Position numbers and translations under genes: made by a program
The notes under the pieces: generated by a model
What the model saw: only the letters and a program-made list of their open reading frames with translations
Databases searched by the model: none
What the model was told of the DNA's origin: nothing
Assembly: GCA_025201805.1 (NCBI GenBank)
Contig: MU619256.1
Span: 34,911-98,910, forward strand
Length of the DNA: 64,000 bases
From: Parasitella parasitica NRRL 2501
Taxonomy: Eukaryota > Fungi > Mucoromycota
Direction of reading: 5' to 3'
Shown: one piece after another, positions 1-13,401 of the stretch
Layout of the letters: the number at the start of each line of letters is the position of its first letter
Position numbering within the stretch: position 1 is the stretch's first letter

Positions 1-1259
1 TGCTTTTATCCAGCTTGCATTTCTCTACCTTTCTACAGCATTCTTTGATACCCACAGTAAAGGGCTTAAATGATATTAGATTTTTCGAATCATCTACTTA
101 AGGTTTTCCATTTTCATAAATCTCTTGCCTCAGTGACTGAAGCCTTTCCTTTGTATCTCGAATACTTGACTTTTTGCTTCTTTTCATCAGAAAACAGCTT
201 TCGTCTTCCATTTCTTCTTGCCTTACTATACTTCAGATGTTGAAGATTACACTCGTGCTATTTTCATAATTTTTCGATTTTGTTTTACATGATTAATTTG
301 ATGAAATACCTCAGTTCAATCTATTGCGGGTAACATTTATAAAACAATCGGTTACCACTATTTCAATTCAGTTGTCGTGGCAACCGTTCCTGATCGGATC
401 TAAGGTTAAATTTCGTCGGTTACTATTCTATCTAAATAGAAGTAATCAAACGAATGTCTTGTATAAAAAGTCCCTCGCTATACGGGTTCTACTTGTTATA
501 ATCTAAATTGCGAAGCTCAACTTATCGATGAATGATTCACATTCAGAATGATTAGCTGATTAAATATAGAAATAGGTCTTGCTCTGACTTTACTAGTGTG
601 CTATAATCTTGTTTAACAATTATAATGACAAACATAATCTGATTGTATTTTGTAAATTGTTTCATATAGATTATTTATTCTAATAAAATAAATAGTGCTG
701 TGCCAGTGTCAAAGGGCGCAGCGGAATGTTATGTAGATATGATTTGTATAAAGTAATAAAGACTTTTCTGAATAAAACCAGATACAAAACTGAAGACTTT
801 TATTGACATAAGATATGATCTCTATCTATCTATACTAAAATATATCCCAATCAATGTCTATCCACATAACATCTGATGTTTGACAAGAAGTGTCAAACCT
901 CATTAAATCACAGCATTTTCAGGATAGACCTATCTTTTTATTTTATACTAAAGAGAAGATTGGGTAGGATGTCTTCCCGACATCCCGCGATCTGATTTAG
1001 ATGTATTCTTTGAATAAGCCTGGAACCTTGCAAGAGGTCCAATTACAACTTGTAGCTTTTTCCTTGTTTTTAAAAGAATTACCAACAATTAATATCATGA
1101 TCTGTGCATTATGACGAAGTTAGATAAGACATATATGTAGCCTTTATATGGATACAACAAATAGACAGCTCTTTATCAATAAATAAAATCAATAATTTTT
1201 TATGTAGTAAATTGTCTTTATTACTTGCTTAAATTCTTTATCAAATACATAACAACTAC

Positions 1260-1286
1260 CTGCTGCTGCTGCTGCTGCTGCTGCTG
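1260..1286. repeat. (CTG)9 microsatellite
   Basis: Nine perfect CTG units read directly; intergenic. Confidence 0.95.
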
Positions 1287-1877
1287 TGCTCTTGTGGAGA
1301 CCTGCTGGCACAATATCTTAATCAAAGTCTAATCAGCGATTATATAGAAAATGTGTGATATCTGCTGACAATTGCTGTTGACAGATAGCACTAACTCAAC
1401 GCTAGGTTTTCCAAGTTAGATTTCAGTTCAGCAAAAGTTATGCGCGGGTAACTTTTGATGGAAATATCACACAGTAAAGACCAAGTTTTACTCAGATAGC
1501 AATGATTATGCCTGATTTTATGGCACATAAGACAGACTATATTTTGCTTTTTATCGAAGACTGTCAGCGATTAATTATACGTAACTTTACTATAAAAATT
1601 AGTGTTATCATCTGGTAACTTGATAGATACCAATAACAACATGGACACAAATATTGTTGCCAAATAGTCCCAAATCAACGCTTATATGGCATTAAAATGG
1701 TTATCCTCACATCACTTTCCTCAGCTCATACAGTATAAAGTGTATAAACCCAACCAGAACGTTTATTTATTACTTGGTGGTTAATTTTTGAGAAGTTTTG
1801 ATAAAGCATCATAGACAGAACAAACTAGCCTTTTCATGCTTTTGATACTACAAATATGTTACTACAAGGATTATAAA

Positions 1878-4800
1878 TCAACCAAGTGGATCAAATGCAT
1901 GTAAATCTAGTTTTTTTGTTGCAGGTGTAATGCTATTATTTTGAAGTGGTGTAAGAGATGGTTGCAATAAGCCATTTCCAGAAGACAATGGCATCATCGC
2001 TGTTGCTGGTTGATTTGCAAGTTTTGAAGTTACGGGCCTTAATGCGCTATAATTTGGATTATTGCTGCTATTGTTATTTAACGACATTTGATTCGTTGCA
2101 AAAGAAGGAGGCATTGTTTGTTGTTGAAGCGACGAAGCAGTTGGTTTTAATGAAGATGACCAAGTATTGTGTTGTGGTTGTTGTTGAGTATTCCAATTTA
2201 TCGATGATACAATGGTAGGTGCAGCTGGCGTAGTTGTCGCAGGGACTAGCGGTTTGCTCCAAGCAGTATCCAATGATGGCTGCATTGTAGATGATGTCTT
2301 CGCTGGCCAAGCCTTGTTTGAAGAAGAATGTTTCTGTTGCTGTAGAGGCAATGGAGTAGTAGTAAAAGGTTGACCAGGCGAAGAAGACCACGAGGTTTGA
2401 TGGACAATATCAGGTCTTTGCTGAGGAGTCATTACTTTAGTACCTGGAGTACGCTTATTTACTAAAGCTCCAAACATGTCATCATCTGAATTAGCATGGT
2501 TATTAATTGCTTCGTTTCCTTGAACTAAATTTTCAAACGAAATGTTGCTATCAGCACCAATATTTGATTGGTTAATCAATTGAGGTGAAGATATAGAGGG
2601 TGTGTTGACACTTTTAGTTTGCTCTTCCAACGATTTCACTTCTTTAAGATGTCTGGTATGTGCCTCTTCTACTCTATTTGTAAGATCACGGATTGTTTTC
2701 ATAAACTTTTGAAATTGTTCTAGATTCAGTAATGATCCAAAACTCATTCTCCAAAGCTGTGGCAATATTTCTGTTGCAATAATCTCCTTGTCAGCGAGTT
2801 TACCCACCTCATCATACACCGCAAGAGTGGCCAACTGGAGGAGTGTATGTTCATTTGTTAGTCAAATGTGGACCAAGCCAGGTTTGACATTTCTATGTTA
2901 CATACCATCACTGCAGGTTCTTTTGTTTTTATATTTTTCAAGAGGGGTACCAGCTTTTCTTGAACTGTAAATTTATCCAGGACTTTGATCATGGAATAGA
3001 AGCAGATCAGTGTGCTCACTTTGACCGACAAGATTGTAGTTTGTACAAATACGGTTTGAACTCTTGGGAATAAAGAGCTTTTGACAGCTGCATAATCTAA
3101 CGATTCGGCTAAAGATGGTACGATTCGTAATGCTTTTTCTTGAACAGCGGTTGTTGGCGTTTCCAAAGCAGCATAAACAAGAGGCATCACCTCTACATAA
3201 TTGATATATTTTAGTTTAGAAATTACTCTGAAATTTACAAATTACCATCACGAAACACTTCTCTGGGTGTCTTTTGCTGTAATACGTCTAGCTTTTCAAG
3301 CAAAACAATCATATTTTGGGGAGGATCTCGAACATTAAATATGGGCTTCAATGAAGGCAGTACAAGATCGCAAAACTCTTCTTGTGAGAGTTTTTGAGTA
3401 ACGACAAAAATATTGGGAATAGTGTAGGGTAACAGCTGATTATCCTTTAATTCCTCCAGTAATGCCGGTAAAATCTATGCGCCATGTTTATATATCTTGA
3501 CAAAATTACGCAGTGTTTTATACGTATACCTTTCTCTTCAAAACACGCTCGGGAAACTGACCTAATACTCGAGCTAATCCCTTCATAAACTGGCCCTTTT
3601 CTTCTCTGGTCTTTTCCGGAAAAGACTCCAAAAACTTCATGGTTGAAACCAACAAGTTGTCAAAGTATTTTGAATTTTGAAAGCTGACTGGGTCCATTCT
3701 CTGGGTAGGGTGTCTAGTAAGAAGAGACCGAATAACATCTTGAAGGTGAGTAGGAATATTTGAGTATGATTGGGAAAGAATGGTCTTGATTTGTCGTTCA
3801 TAAGTATGAAAACTGTTGAAGGTCTTTAATATCGAAGCACCTTTGTTGTGTACAGCATAGGCTAAACATCCCAATGAAAACATATCGTTTGCTTGACACA
3901 AGTTGTTATCCAAAACTGATTCAGGGGCTATTTTCAATTTGTCAACATTCCACTCTGTAATTTTGTTCCTGATTGATGCCCAACTACCTGCATAATCCAA
4001 ATTAATCTGACATGCTTCTGGCATGAACTCGTTGTTATCATGTCCCACATTTTCACTAGCATTTCCTGTATTTAAAAAGACACTGAAACCTAAGCTAAGA
4101 TAATCAGATGTATATAAGATTGTTTGCTTCTCCATTGTATATTTTTACTATTACCCGCCAATTTTCCAATCGCCCTGTTAATTGCTCAAAGAATTTAGTA
4201 AATCTCGTGTAAAATTCACAGTTAGACACGACCCACCTTGGCATTTACAAAAATAGCATCTGTTGTAAGATTGTGATGCACAACCTTGGCATCATTTAGG
4301 AATTGAAGGCCTTTACCAACCTGCAATAGGCCTTTTTGTATCTATCTTGAGGCTAAGCACATGATCTATGTCGCTCAAGTCCAACGAACCTCTAATTCAT
4401 CCAGATCAAGACTTGGCGCATGGGATTCGGACGAATAATTGTCATTGCTTTTTACAAGATGGGTCAAGGAGCCCATGAGAGGCTCAGTGACAAATACAAT
4501 AGAACTGCGCGACTCGCTCACTGGTTCTACGACTTCTAAAATTGAGGGATGTCGCAATCTTGCTAAATGCCCTGCCTCTTTTTTTAATAGCTCGTATACA
4601 AGTTCTGTATCATGTCGAGAAGAGCCACGTTCTCGCTTAAAGAACGAGTCCATCAGCTTCTTTTCGAATATCTATTGGCGAATGAAGCGCATTAGTTAAT
4701 GTATAGATGGCTAAATAAATGTTGGTTACTATAGTTTACAAACAATGCTACTTTCTTTCCTGTAGTCTTTCTTTCGCCCTGATAGATCTTCCACAATCCT

Positions 4801-4886
4801 GAAGACGATATTTGGTGTTTAATGTCATATTTTGATGTCAATGAATTTGTGATTGAGCTTATGAACGAGTAAAATGCTGAGCTCAT
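1878..4886 (-). CDS. SCY1: SCY1/SCYL2-like protein (pseudo)kinase with HEAT repeats and low-complexity C-terminus; multi-exon
   Basis: Exons include SGLWKIYQG, LARLRHPSILEVVEP, DMFSLGCLAYAVH, FMKGLARVLGQFPERVLKRK, VQEKALRIVPSLAESLDY, EKLVPLLKNIKTKEPAVM; GT-AG introns link ORFs 4692-4985, 4375-4653, 3518-4135, 2858-3190 and 1878-2834; ATG at 4886. Confidence 0.9.
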
Positions 4887-5053
4887 GTTTTTCTTTTTGC
4901 TGGAGAAAGGAGAAGTGCACCATCTTGTAACAATGCAGCTATTGTGGTTGTTTAGACGTGACCATTTCTGGTAAATTGTTTGCAATGAATAGCCGAGAGC
5001 AAGAGAACGAGAGGTTCTGGTATCAATAGAACTTTTCTTTCATCAAAACCAAA

Positions 5054-6504
5054 ATGAGTGATTTCGATATCGCAAGTGCACAAAATGGACCATCTTTCCT
5101 AGAGTCATTAAAAAGACGTAAACAAAGACGCATTAATATTCAAGACATCTTCATTAACTAATCATGTGGATTGTATAGGCAAAGCTCTAGGCTTGGATGA
5201 ATCAGACCAAGAAGACGAAATCATCCTCAAAAAGACAAAAGCAAGATCCAAGAAGCAAAAGAAGAAATCGCCCAAACTGAAGTCTAATAGTCAACAAGAC
5301 AGCAAAGCAAATAATACAGCATCCAGTATGCCTTCCTTATCAACGCCGCCATCACCGTCATTAGAAGCATCCACAAACAACGTAAATCCATATTTACCAA
5401 CAGACAATGATTTAGATATGACAACCTTTATTCCACCAAAAATCACACCCAATGTCTCTCAAAATACAAAAAAAAGCACTCGATCTACCATAGATGACGG
5501 CGTAATGTAAATTGGTTACATTTCCAACAGTGCAATAAACAAAGGCAACTAACAAATTTATAGTGACTTATCAGACGGAGACGATGGTGATCTTGCAGCT
5601 GATCTAGTTATAGAAGATCTGGATCCTGATCTTGCTGCACTATCTTATTCGCATGTTAGATTGTTAGCTCAACCTAAAAAAATTGTTGTTAAACTGCAAT
5701 ATATTCACAATTTCAATTTCGAAAATCTCTCAAATTCCTCTAAAGAAACAATGCAGTTCTTGGAAAAACCTGTTAAATTTAAAGTGATGGATGTAAGTAT
5801 GTTTGTGCATTGTGTTGCAGTAACCCACTAGCTAATGCTTTCGTTTAAAAGAATACCGAGTTTCGCATTCTTTTATCAAACTTCTGTACCAACAAACAGT
5901 ACCTTCGGATGCAAGATATGTATCTGACATTCAATGGCGATATTGTATTCCTGAGTGGAACTCCTGCAAGCGTTGATATGAGTCCAATTGGTACCAACAA
6001 AATGGGTATGTTGAATGTATATTCCTACGCAATAAACAAACAAATCTAATTTAACTATATGCAGAGGTTTATGTGAAGAAATGTTATGATAATATGTTAG
6101 CTGAGAGGGAAGAACAAAGGCAAAAGGAGAGAATGAAACATCTGCAGACAGCAGAGAACGAAGATGAGGATGATTTTATTTTAAATACAGCCGAATCCCC
6201 ATCGCCTGGTACTGATGCTGTGGCCGAAGAAAAACGGATTCGACTCAACTTGAGAACTGGCAATAGCAAAGTGGTTCCTTTCCGTGCCAAGCACGTAAGT
6301 TTAGTGTAAGCTTAAATGGCCCATTTACTAAACGCTTTTCCTCAGACGACTAAATTGAGAGAATTGATGGAAGCATTCAAACAGAAAGCAGAGGTTTCTG
6401 GAGACGTGCAGCTATCATTTGAAGGAGAGACGTTGGATCTTGACCAAGCAATAGAAGATACTGACTTGGAGGATCAAGATATTGTAGAGGTTATCACCAA
6501 ATAA
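5054..6504 (+). CDS. Rad60/Esc2/NIP45-type protein with C-terminal SUMO-like domain(s); multi-exon
   Basis: Low-complexity acidic/basic N-terminus; C-terminal VVPFRAKH|TTKLRELMEAFKQKAEVSGDVQLSFEGETLDLDQAIEDTDLEDQDIVEVITK fits a SUMO-like fold lacking a terminal GG; a second ubiquitin-like segment lies in exons at ~5760-6005. Confidence 0.7.
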
Positions 6505-6691
6505 TTCATGTTACATCTATTTTTCCAATAAAGCCATTAAATACAAAGAATTTTGTTTTGCTTTTCTGGAAGCCTACAGAAAAAATGTTGTTTATTGTTA
6601 TTGCGCCAACATTTCTTGCCTCAAAAATTCATATAAATACCATCATAATTGCGGTAGTGTCCATTTTCTTGGATTATACAGCATAAACATC

Positions 6692-8942
6692 ATGGTTAAT
6701 CTCACTACATTTATGGTAATGGCAACCGCCATGCTTTTGGGTGTTGATGCTCTTGATAAAACCACAGCATATGAAATCAGACAAGAGCTTATCAAGGCAA
6801 AAATCATCCCTGATGCCATTGAAGAATTTGAGCCGTTAACAAAGCTAAAAATCACATATGACGAACATAATGATTTGGAAAACGGTGAGCATTTGAAGCC
6901 TGAAGAAACCCTAGTTGCTCCTTCAATCTGGTTTGATCCGCCTAAAAAAGAGGCTGAATACACATTAGCCATGGTAAAAATAGGCAATCAAGCTTCAAAA
7001 AGTATATACGTACTCACAGTAAACTTAGGTTAATTTGGATTCAAATGGTCCTATGATCCGTCACTGGATAGCCACCAATGTCAAAGGGGGCGATGAAAAA
7101 GGTACCGCTTTTTTGAGTCAATTGCCTAATCGCCAATACACGTCCTACAAAGGCCCTACTCCTCCTTCTGGATCCGTTAATCACCGTGTTGCCTTTATCC
7201 TGTTTCAACAGGAGGCTCTCAATCAAACTTTTGTTCCTGAGATTGATGGTAGCACCACAAGAGACCGTGCATTTTTCAACCTCACTCAATTTGCGCAAGA
7301 AAACAAACTTAAGCCTGTCTCTGCAGCCTACTTTTACACTGAATACCAAGAAGGATTCTCTCAGCAGTACCCTCCCGTGGACGATGATATCTCTGAAGAG
7401 ATTCACGAAGCAGGCCTCGTCCATGATATATTGGATGATGTTGGAAATATTCTTGATCTTGATGGCATCCTTGGTATAACTATCGGTATTGGTAATAATG
7501 GTGATGACGATGACAATGACGATGATAATGATAATGACAATGATGACAATAAAAAAGGCAACAACAAAGCGAAAACTGGCGAGGATGAAAATGATGGCAA
7601 GACACCAATCCAAGTCAAGCCATCTAAACCGTCAGCATCTATTGACCCTGACATTAAACCAAAGCCAACTACCAAGCCCAAGAAGGGCGGTTTGCTTCAT
7701 GGTATTCTTGATGACGTTCAAGATCTTTTACATGACATTTTGGGTAATGATGATGAAGATGATGACGATGACGATGATGACGATAAAACACCATCCAAGA
7801 AGCCAAAGCATGGCGGTGGTGATGATGACGATGACGGTGATGTCGACAGTGATGGTATCAACATTGACTTGAGTGTATTGCGTGTTGCCTCTGCCTCCGC
7901 CTCTGCCTCCGCCTCTGCCTCTGCCTCATCTTTTAGACCTAGTGCTGACATCAAACAAGCGGGTTTGCTCGGTGATCTACTTGATGATCTTGATGATATT
8001 CTTGACATTGATCTCAACATTGGCCATCGTATTGACGACGATAACGATAGAGAACCTCCTAGAAGAAGACCTGAGAATGGTCGTAATGATAATGACGATG
8101 AAGATGATGACAGTATCAACATTAATTTGGATCTATTGCGTGTTGCCTCAGCCTCAGCCTCTGCTTTGGCTGCTAAACCTAGCTCTGATCTAAAACAAGC
8201 TGGTCTCCTTGATGGTTTACTTGATGATCTTGGTAATATTCTTGATATTGATATTAATATCGGTGATGACAATGATGACGATGATACCGATAAGGGAACT
8301 TTCAGAAAAACACCAAAGGACAGAAAAGACAGCGGCGATGATGATGGTATCAATATTGATTTAAATTTAGCGCGAGCTGCCTCTGCTTCGGTCTCTTCTG
8401 CTGCCGAACCCAGTGGTGACCTCGAATCTCCCGGCCTATTAAGTAATCTACTTGGCGACCATAACCTTGGTGATGATATTGTTGTTGTTAAAGTTGAATC
8501 CGATTTAAACAGACCTTACCCACCGCTTCTTGCTGCACATGTTTCTTCATCTGCTGCTACCGCTGTTACTAAACCCAGCGCTGAATTGAAACAGGCAGGA
8601 ATTCTTGGTAATTTGGTGAATAGCATTGATTATTTGCTCGGTAGACACCATGACACTGAAGGTGATATCGTTGCCGGTGATCTTGTTATTGAAGAAAATG
8701 GAAGCTCTGTTCAAGAGGCTCATGCCTCTCCTTCGCCCTTCATTGAGATTATAGATCTCACAAATGATTTACTCGCTGAATTACGGAACGGAGAATATGA
8801 TGTGCAAATTGATGCTGAAAACCATAGTTTGATTGAAAATGACGCTGCTTTGCAGTCTCTCGTTGATGGTGCTCGATACGTCTCTGTTGCTTCTGTTGAG
8901 TATGAAGACGTGAATCAGTCGGCAATTTCTGCTTCTATTTAA
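6692..8942 (+). CDS. Secreted PEBP (phosphatidylethanolamine-binding protein) family protein with long Asp-rich repetitive C-terminal extension; intron 6974-7028
   Basis: Hydrophobic signal peptide; PEBP motifs KIIPDAIEEF, YTLAMV, IRHW, YKGPTPPSGSVNHRVAFILFQQ, RAFFNLTQFAQENKL; followed by ~500 aa of D-rich repeats. Confidence 0.85.
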
Positions 8943-9379
8943 TCTGTGTATCAATGTCAAGCGTGTTACTAATACTCGTACTGAACAAACTAATTCTAAT
9001 TCCTTATCCTCAACTCAATAAAACATTATCCATATTGAAACGAATCAAGCTGTGTCTCGAAATTAAGCAATACTGCCACTGAAAATTACATCCGTATCCC
9101 ACATATTTGCATATGACTTTTGTTTTTTTTTTTTTTTGAGAAAAGGTAAACATGTATGCACACATTGGGAATGTTTTTTTCCAAATAAATCAATTGAATA
9201 ACATTCAAGGACTCTAAATGTTTAATCTTGCATTAAGGCGCTAGTGATGCACTGTGTATAGTAAATCAAATATATTAATTATTATGTAAGTTTGTAATTG
9301 AGGTTTGGCTGCGGATTTTGAGACCCACAAGAGATGTTAGGGACTACAAGAACAAAGACGGGGTATAAAGTTTCATTGG

Positions 9380-10349
9380 CTATTCGTAAACGTTGATCTC
9401 AATCTATAAAGCTATTGTTAAATATAATTCATTGAAACATTGGTCCGACTTACAAATAGAAAAGCTGATTTTACAGGATTTGATATGGATAGCGTTTGTG
9501 GATAATAAATTGTGGTGTTTTCGGATTCAATAAATGCTAATAATCGTTTCACAACCTAGCGAAAAAGTAGAAAATTAGTAAACAAATACTAAAAAAAAAG
9601 TGTCTTAACAATTTACTCTTTGGTAATGTGTGGAAAATAGAATAGGCCATAGGTAAATTGTAAGCGTTTCGATGATGTTTTCAAGAACAATCCTCCAAGA
9701 TAGTCTATCAGCGTACTCCATTATGTTGTTGATTTCGTTTATCGTGTGAAGAAATTGTTCGGCTGAAATCTATGTCTACTTGTTAAATATAGAAAATCAA
9801 CACCTGCTTTAGTTACACTTTACTTTTCCTTCCAATTCAGCTGGATAGTCTGTACTGAACCGAGTGATTCCATCTCCCAAAGAATAGTCTCGCTCAACTC
9901 TAATTGATTTGACTGGTACTTGGCTTTTTATAGAGATTATTTCATGTGATTTTAGCATGGCATCCTTATTAATACAGTGTTGTGCTTCTTTCGTATTTGT
10001 AGAATCTATGAAAGAAAAGGATAAAAAAGAAAAAGGTAAATAAAAATAGGAGAAAAATAAAGTACATTTTATAAATAAAAAGCCCTGTTTCTTTTTTGGC
10101 TTAATCTTTTGTAAATTGCGTCATGGTAAAAACCATTTTGCTTATAAAATAGGTACCTGCTATGATTGTGCTTGATACATGAGTAGAAGCAACTTCTGCT
10201 ACATCATCAGTACTTGCAGAACTATTATTGTCAAACATTGCCGTAGTATCAACTTGTTTAAAGGATTGTCGTTCGGATATTATGGATGGTGGATCCCGGC
10301 TTTTTTGATGAGCTGGGATTGGTAATGATGGCTCACCAGATCTAAGCAT
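9380..10349 (-). CDS. ERF4: Golgin A7/ERF4 family palmitoyltransferase accessory subunit; 5 exons
   Basis: Manual splicing gives IRVERDYSLGDGITRFSTDYPAELEGK|ISAEQFLHTINEINNIMEYADRLSWRIVLENIIETLTIYLWPILFSTHYQR|VVKRLLAFIESEN...NPVKSAFLF|IEINVYE*; all introns GT-AG; only exon 1 appears in the ORF track. Confidence 0.85.
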
Positions 10350-12068
10350 GATTTATCACAGGAAAAGAAGAAAGAATGAAAAAAGCAAAGTATACGTATG
10401 CGAGAGAAGAGAGAGGAGGTTCTGAATTCTTTCAAAGAACCCACATTATCATGGCTTTCAGGGGCCGCCTTTTTCACATTAAGAAACGTGTCAGCATAAA
10501 AACATTCATCAAAGCTCCTACAGCCAGGTGAATCTGTCTGATATTCATTTTAGATTCAAAGTTTGCACAAATAAGCTAGATATTCCTTAAATTCAGTGTA
10601 TGCAAGCAATGGAATGCATATACCTTTAGTGCTCAGGTTCTAGTCTACTTATTCTTAAATTATACAGACATACGAAACAAACAGAAGGCTATTATATTTG
10701 TGTATATGGCTACGATATAATACAAAAAAATAATGAAGCAGGAAACTTTGAAGTATTTGCACGAGATCAATGCCAGAACTATGAAACTTACGTATTATGT
10801 GTTCCTGTAATATACGACATACATCCAGATAAACGTATTGCAGTATGCATGTACCAGCACAAGAAACTTTAGTTAGTGTTATAGTATTATATGAGAATTA
10901 GCTTGCAAACTCATTTATACTGATATATTTCACGATTTGTTCGCCTACAAATGCGTTTTTAGTATATCATTGTATTTTTTATCAAAAATTGTATAGAAGT
11001 TCGTCTAAAAGATGGAATGTTATGACGGATTATGTCACACCAGGTTCATTTGCTTTGTTTTTAACCTTACGCTTAAAAAAGTTTTGATTTTCAGTTATAT
11101 TAAGACTTGAAAGCTATATTAGTTTTTGCACAATTACAAAAAAAAAAATGGTCAAATATAATATGAGATACATCGAGTATTGAATGCGCTAACTACACTA
11201 AATCATCTGTTTTAGTATTCGCAAGCTAAACGCAAATAACTTGAACATTTTAATGTATTGAAGAATATCTGCAAAGTATAATGGTACAGCGTCATTTTAA
11301 TTATTCACATGCGCATAATGAGATCTTTTTCGATAATATCAAATGATATTTGTCTGTAATTTGTAATGAATGAACACTTTTAATACTTTTTGGTGCGTCA
11401 TTTAAGTATGCACAAACAATAGAAATGTTCAATTAGAACATGAGAGCTACCATAAAAACTAATTATGCACTGCTCTGAAGATTCAACAGCAAGTAATTTA
11501 ATCTTGTCTAGTTTCAGTCCTGCGGTACCATACCTTTTTTATTGTTGATCTAATCATTCGTTACAAACTAAATATAATCTGAATCGTTTGCCTTCTTTTC
11601 ACACTCGGGTATATGCGCAGTATTATATCAGTGTCCAAACCATTTTCGTGTCCATCTTTTTATACTTCTCGTAAATAGGATAGGCACCCAGTACAATTCC
11701 CTAATGCCTCACAGTACGCTTATCAGTGCTTTTGAATGTTATTGGACGTTGAACGTTCAATGTAAGTAACTTTCTCATGCTACCCAGGCTTTATCCTTGA
11801 GCTTGCGACATTTCGAACATCTGATCGCTTTGACCTGATTATCACAACGTCTTTAGTTTTTATAGACTTACAAGAATGAATTTACTTATTACACCTTGAA
11901 TATTTTTTTGTTTTAACTTATTTTTTTTTAATTTTTTATTTAACAAAGCAAATAATTTTTGTTGATTACATAATTTTCAGCTATTTACATTATCACTGAG
12001 AGTAATTTACCTGACTTTATCAACTTCGAGTCCTGCTTTAGATTGATAAAGTCAAGTTTTTTGACTTT

Positions 12069-13401
12069 TTACTTCAAATTCTTTTGAATGGCTTTCATTA
12101 AATCACCTTCTTCTGAATCTTGACTGAGCTCCCAGACCATAACACCAGAGATGCCCCTCTTCATAGCAGATCGAACTTTGGCACCAATAGAATGGGGATC
12201 ATCATAAGAAATAAAGGCCTTTGTTTTAGGATTAAAGAGCCAAGGCGTAGCGGATTTTTTATCCCAGGTTCTGACCCAAGGTTTGGCAGCAGTCAAAGGG
12301 GTAGTAAGAACACCATCAGTTAGCAATTTGCGGAACTTCCAGTTACCGCTCACACCGGTGGGCGCCTTGTCACAATTAGGATTTGGCCATGGAGCATCAT
12401 CAGAGTCACCTTTGGGAGGTGTACCTTGCACTTGCTTTTGGAAAAGAGAGCCGGTCTTAGTCATGTCAACGGTAGCAGTTGTTGATCTACCATAGAATCC
12501 TAAACCACCAGTCAACTTGCTAGCAGGAACGCCTTGAGAAATCCAAAAATCAATGCCAGAGTTGAAACTCATTCCGTTTTTGGGAGCCTTTAAAGGAGCA
12601 TTAGGGCCAGTAAGAGGGTTCCATGCACCGTTGATATCGTAAGCCATAATGTTTACACGATCAAGTTCCTTTCCAATGGCAGCAGTGAGTTCCTTTGAGC
12701 CGCCTGATTCGGCTGAGAACCCTTGAACATAACCTGCAATTGTGAGTTCCTTGTGTGTCTTGAATGATTTGTCAAAGGCTGTGCGCATTTCTTTAAGAAG
12801 AACAAGGAAATTCTTGACATCATTATCTTTATCGAAATTATTACATCCTTCACCCTCACGTCCTGGATATTCCCAGTCAATATCAACACCATCAGTCTTG
12901 AATGTTTTAATCTGCTCAATATTCCAATCAATGAATGCCTTTCTTGTAGCGGGAGTCTTAGCCATATCACTGATAAAATATGGTCAGTATTACTTGAACT
13001 TTATGCCATTGTGTATAACATATGCTTACCTAAAGGTCTGACTTCCAGTCCAGCCACCAACGGAAATAAGAACCTTGGTATTGGCTTTGTGAGCAGCATC
13101 AACTAATTTGGGCAATTGAACAGGAGGAACAGCAGGGTCAGTCCATGTAGGAATATTTCCATTCTTTTTAATCATAACAGCAAAGGCATAGTGGATATGA
13201 GTGTAAGACTTGAAGTCAATTTTCGACACATCATACTTGTCATACAGCCCTAAAGCAGCAATGTTAGAAATATGACGTTGGATGATCCAAATGTTACTTA
13301 CAATTTGGAAAATAGCCAATAACAGTGCTGTTTTTGGCCATTGTGGTTGTAATCATTAGAGCCAACATAAGAGTTGAGGCGAATAGCTTGTTTAGAATCA
13401 T
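12069..13401 (-). CDS. Secreted GH18 chitinase; 3 exons
   Basis: Signal peptide MILNKLFASTLMLALMITTTMA; VIGYFPNW, THIHYAFA, KVLISVGGW, catalytic DGVDIDWEYPG, MAYD, ISYDDPHS, GVMVWELSQD. Confidence 0.95.

Noticed and set aside
1-290. Minus-strand frame NGRRKLFSDEKKQK..., faintly like a Tc1 transposase N-terminus
   Set aside because: Many stops, only one weak motif, and truncated by the window edge.
7041-8353. Several long alternative-frame and antisense ORFs
   Set aside because: Shadows of the GAT/GAC-rich repetitive PEBP coding sequence.
11770-11860. Minus-strand VKAIRCSKCRKLKDKAW, reminiscent of ribosomal protein S26 or a zinc ribbon
   Set aside because: Too short, spacing does not fit, and flanking sequence shows no further similarity.
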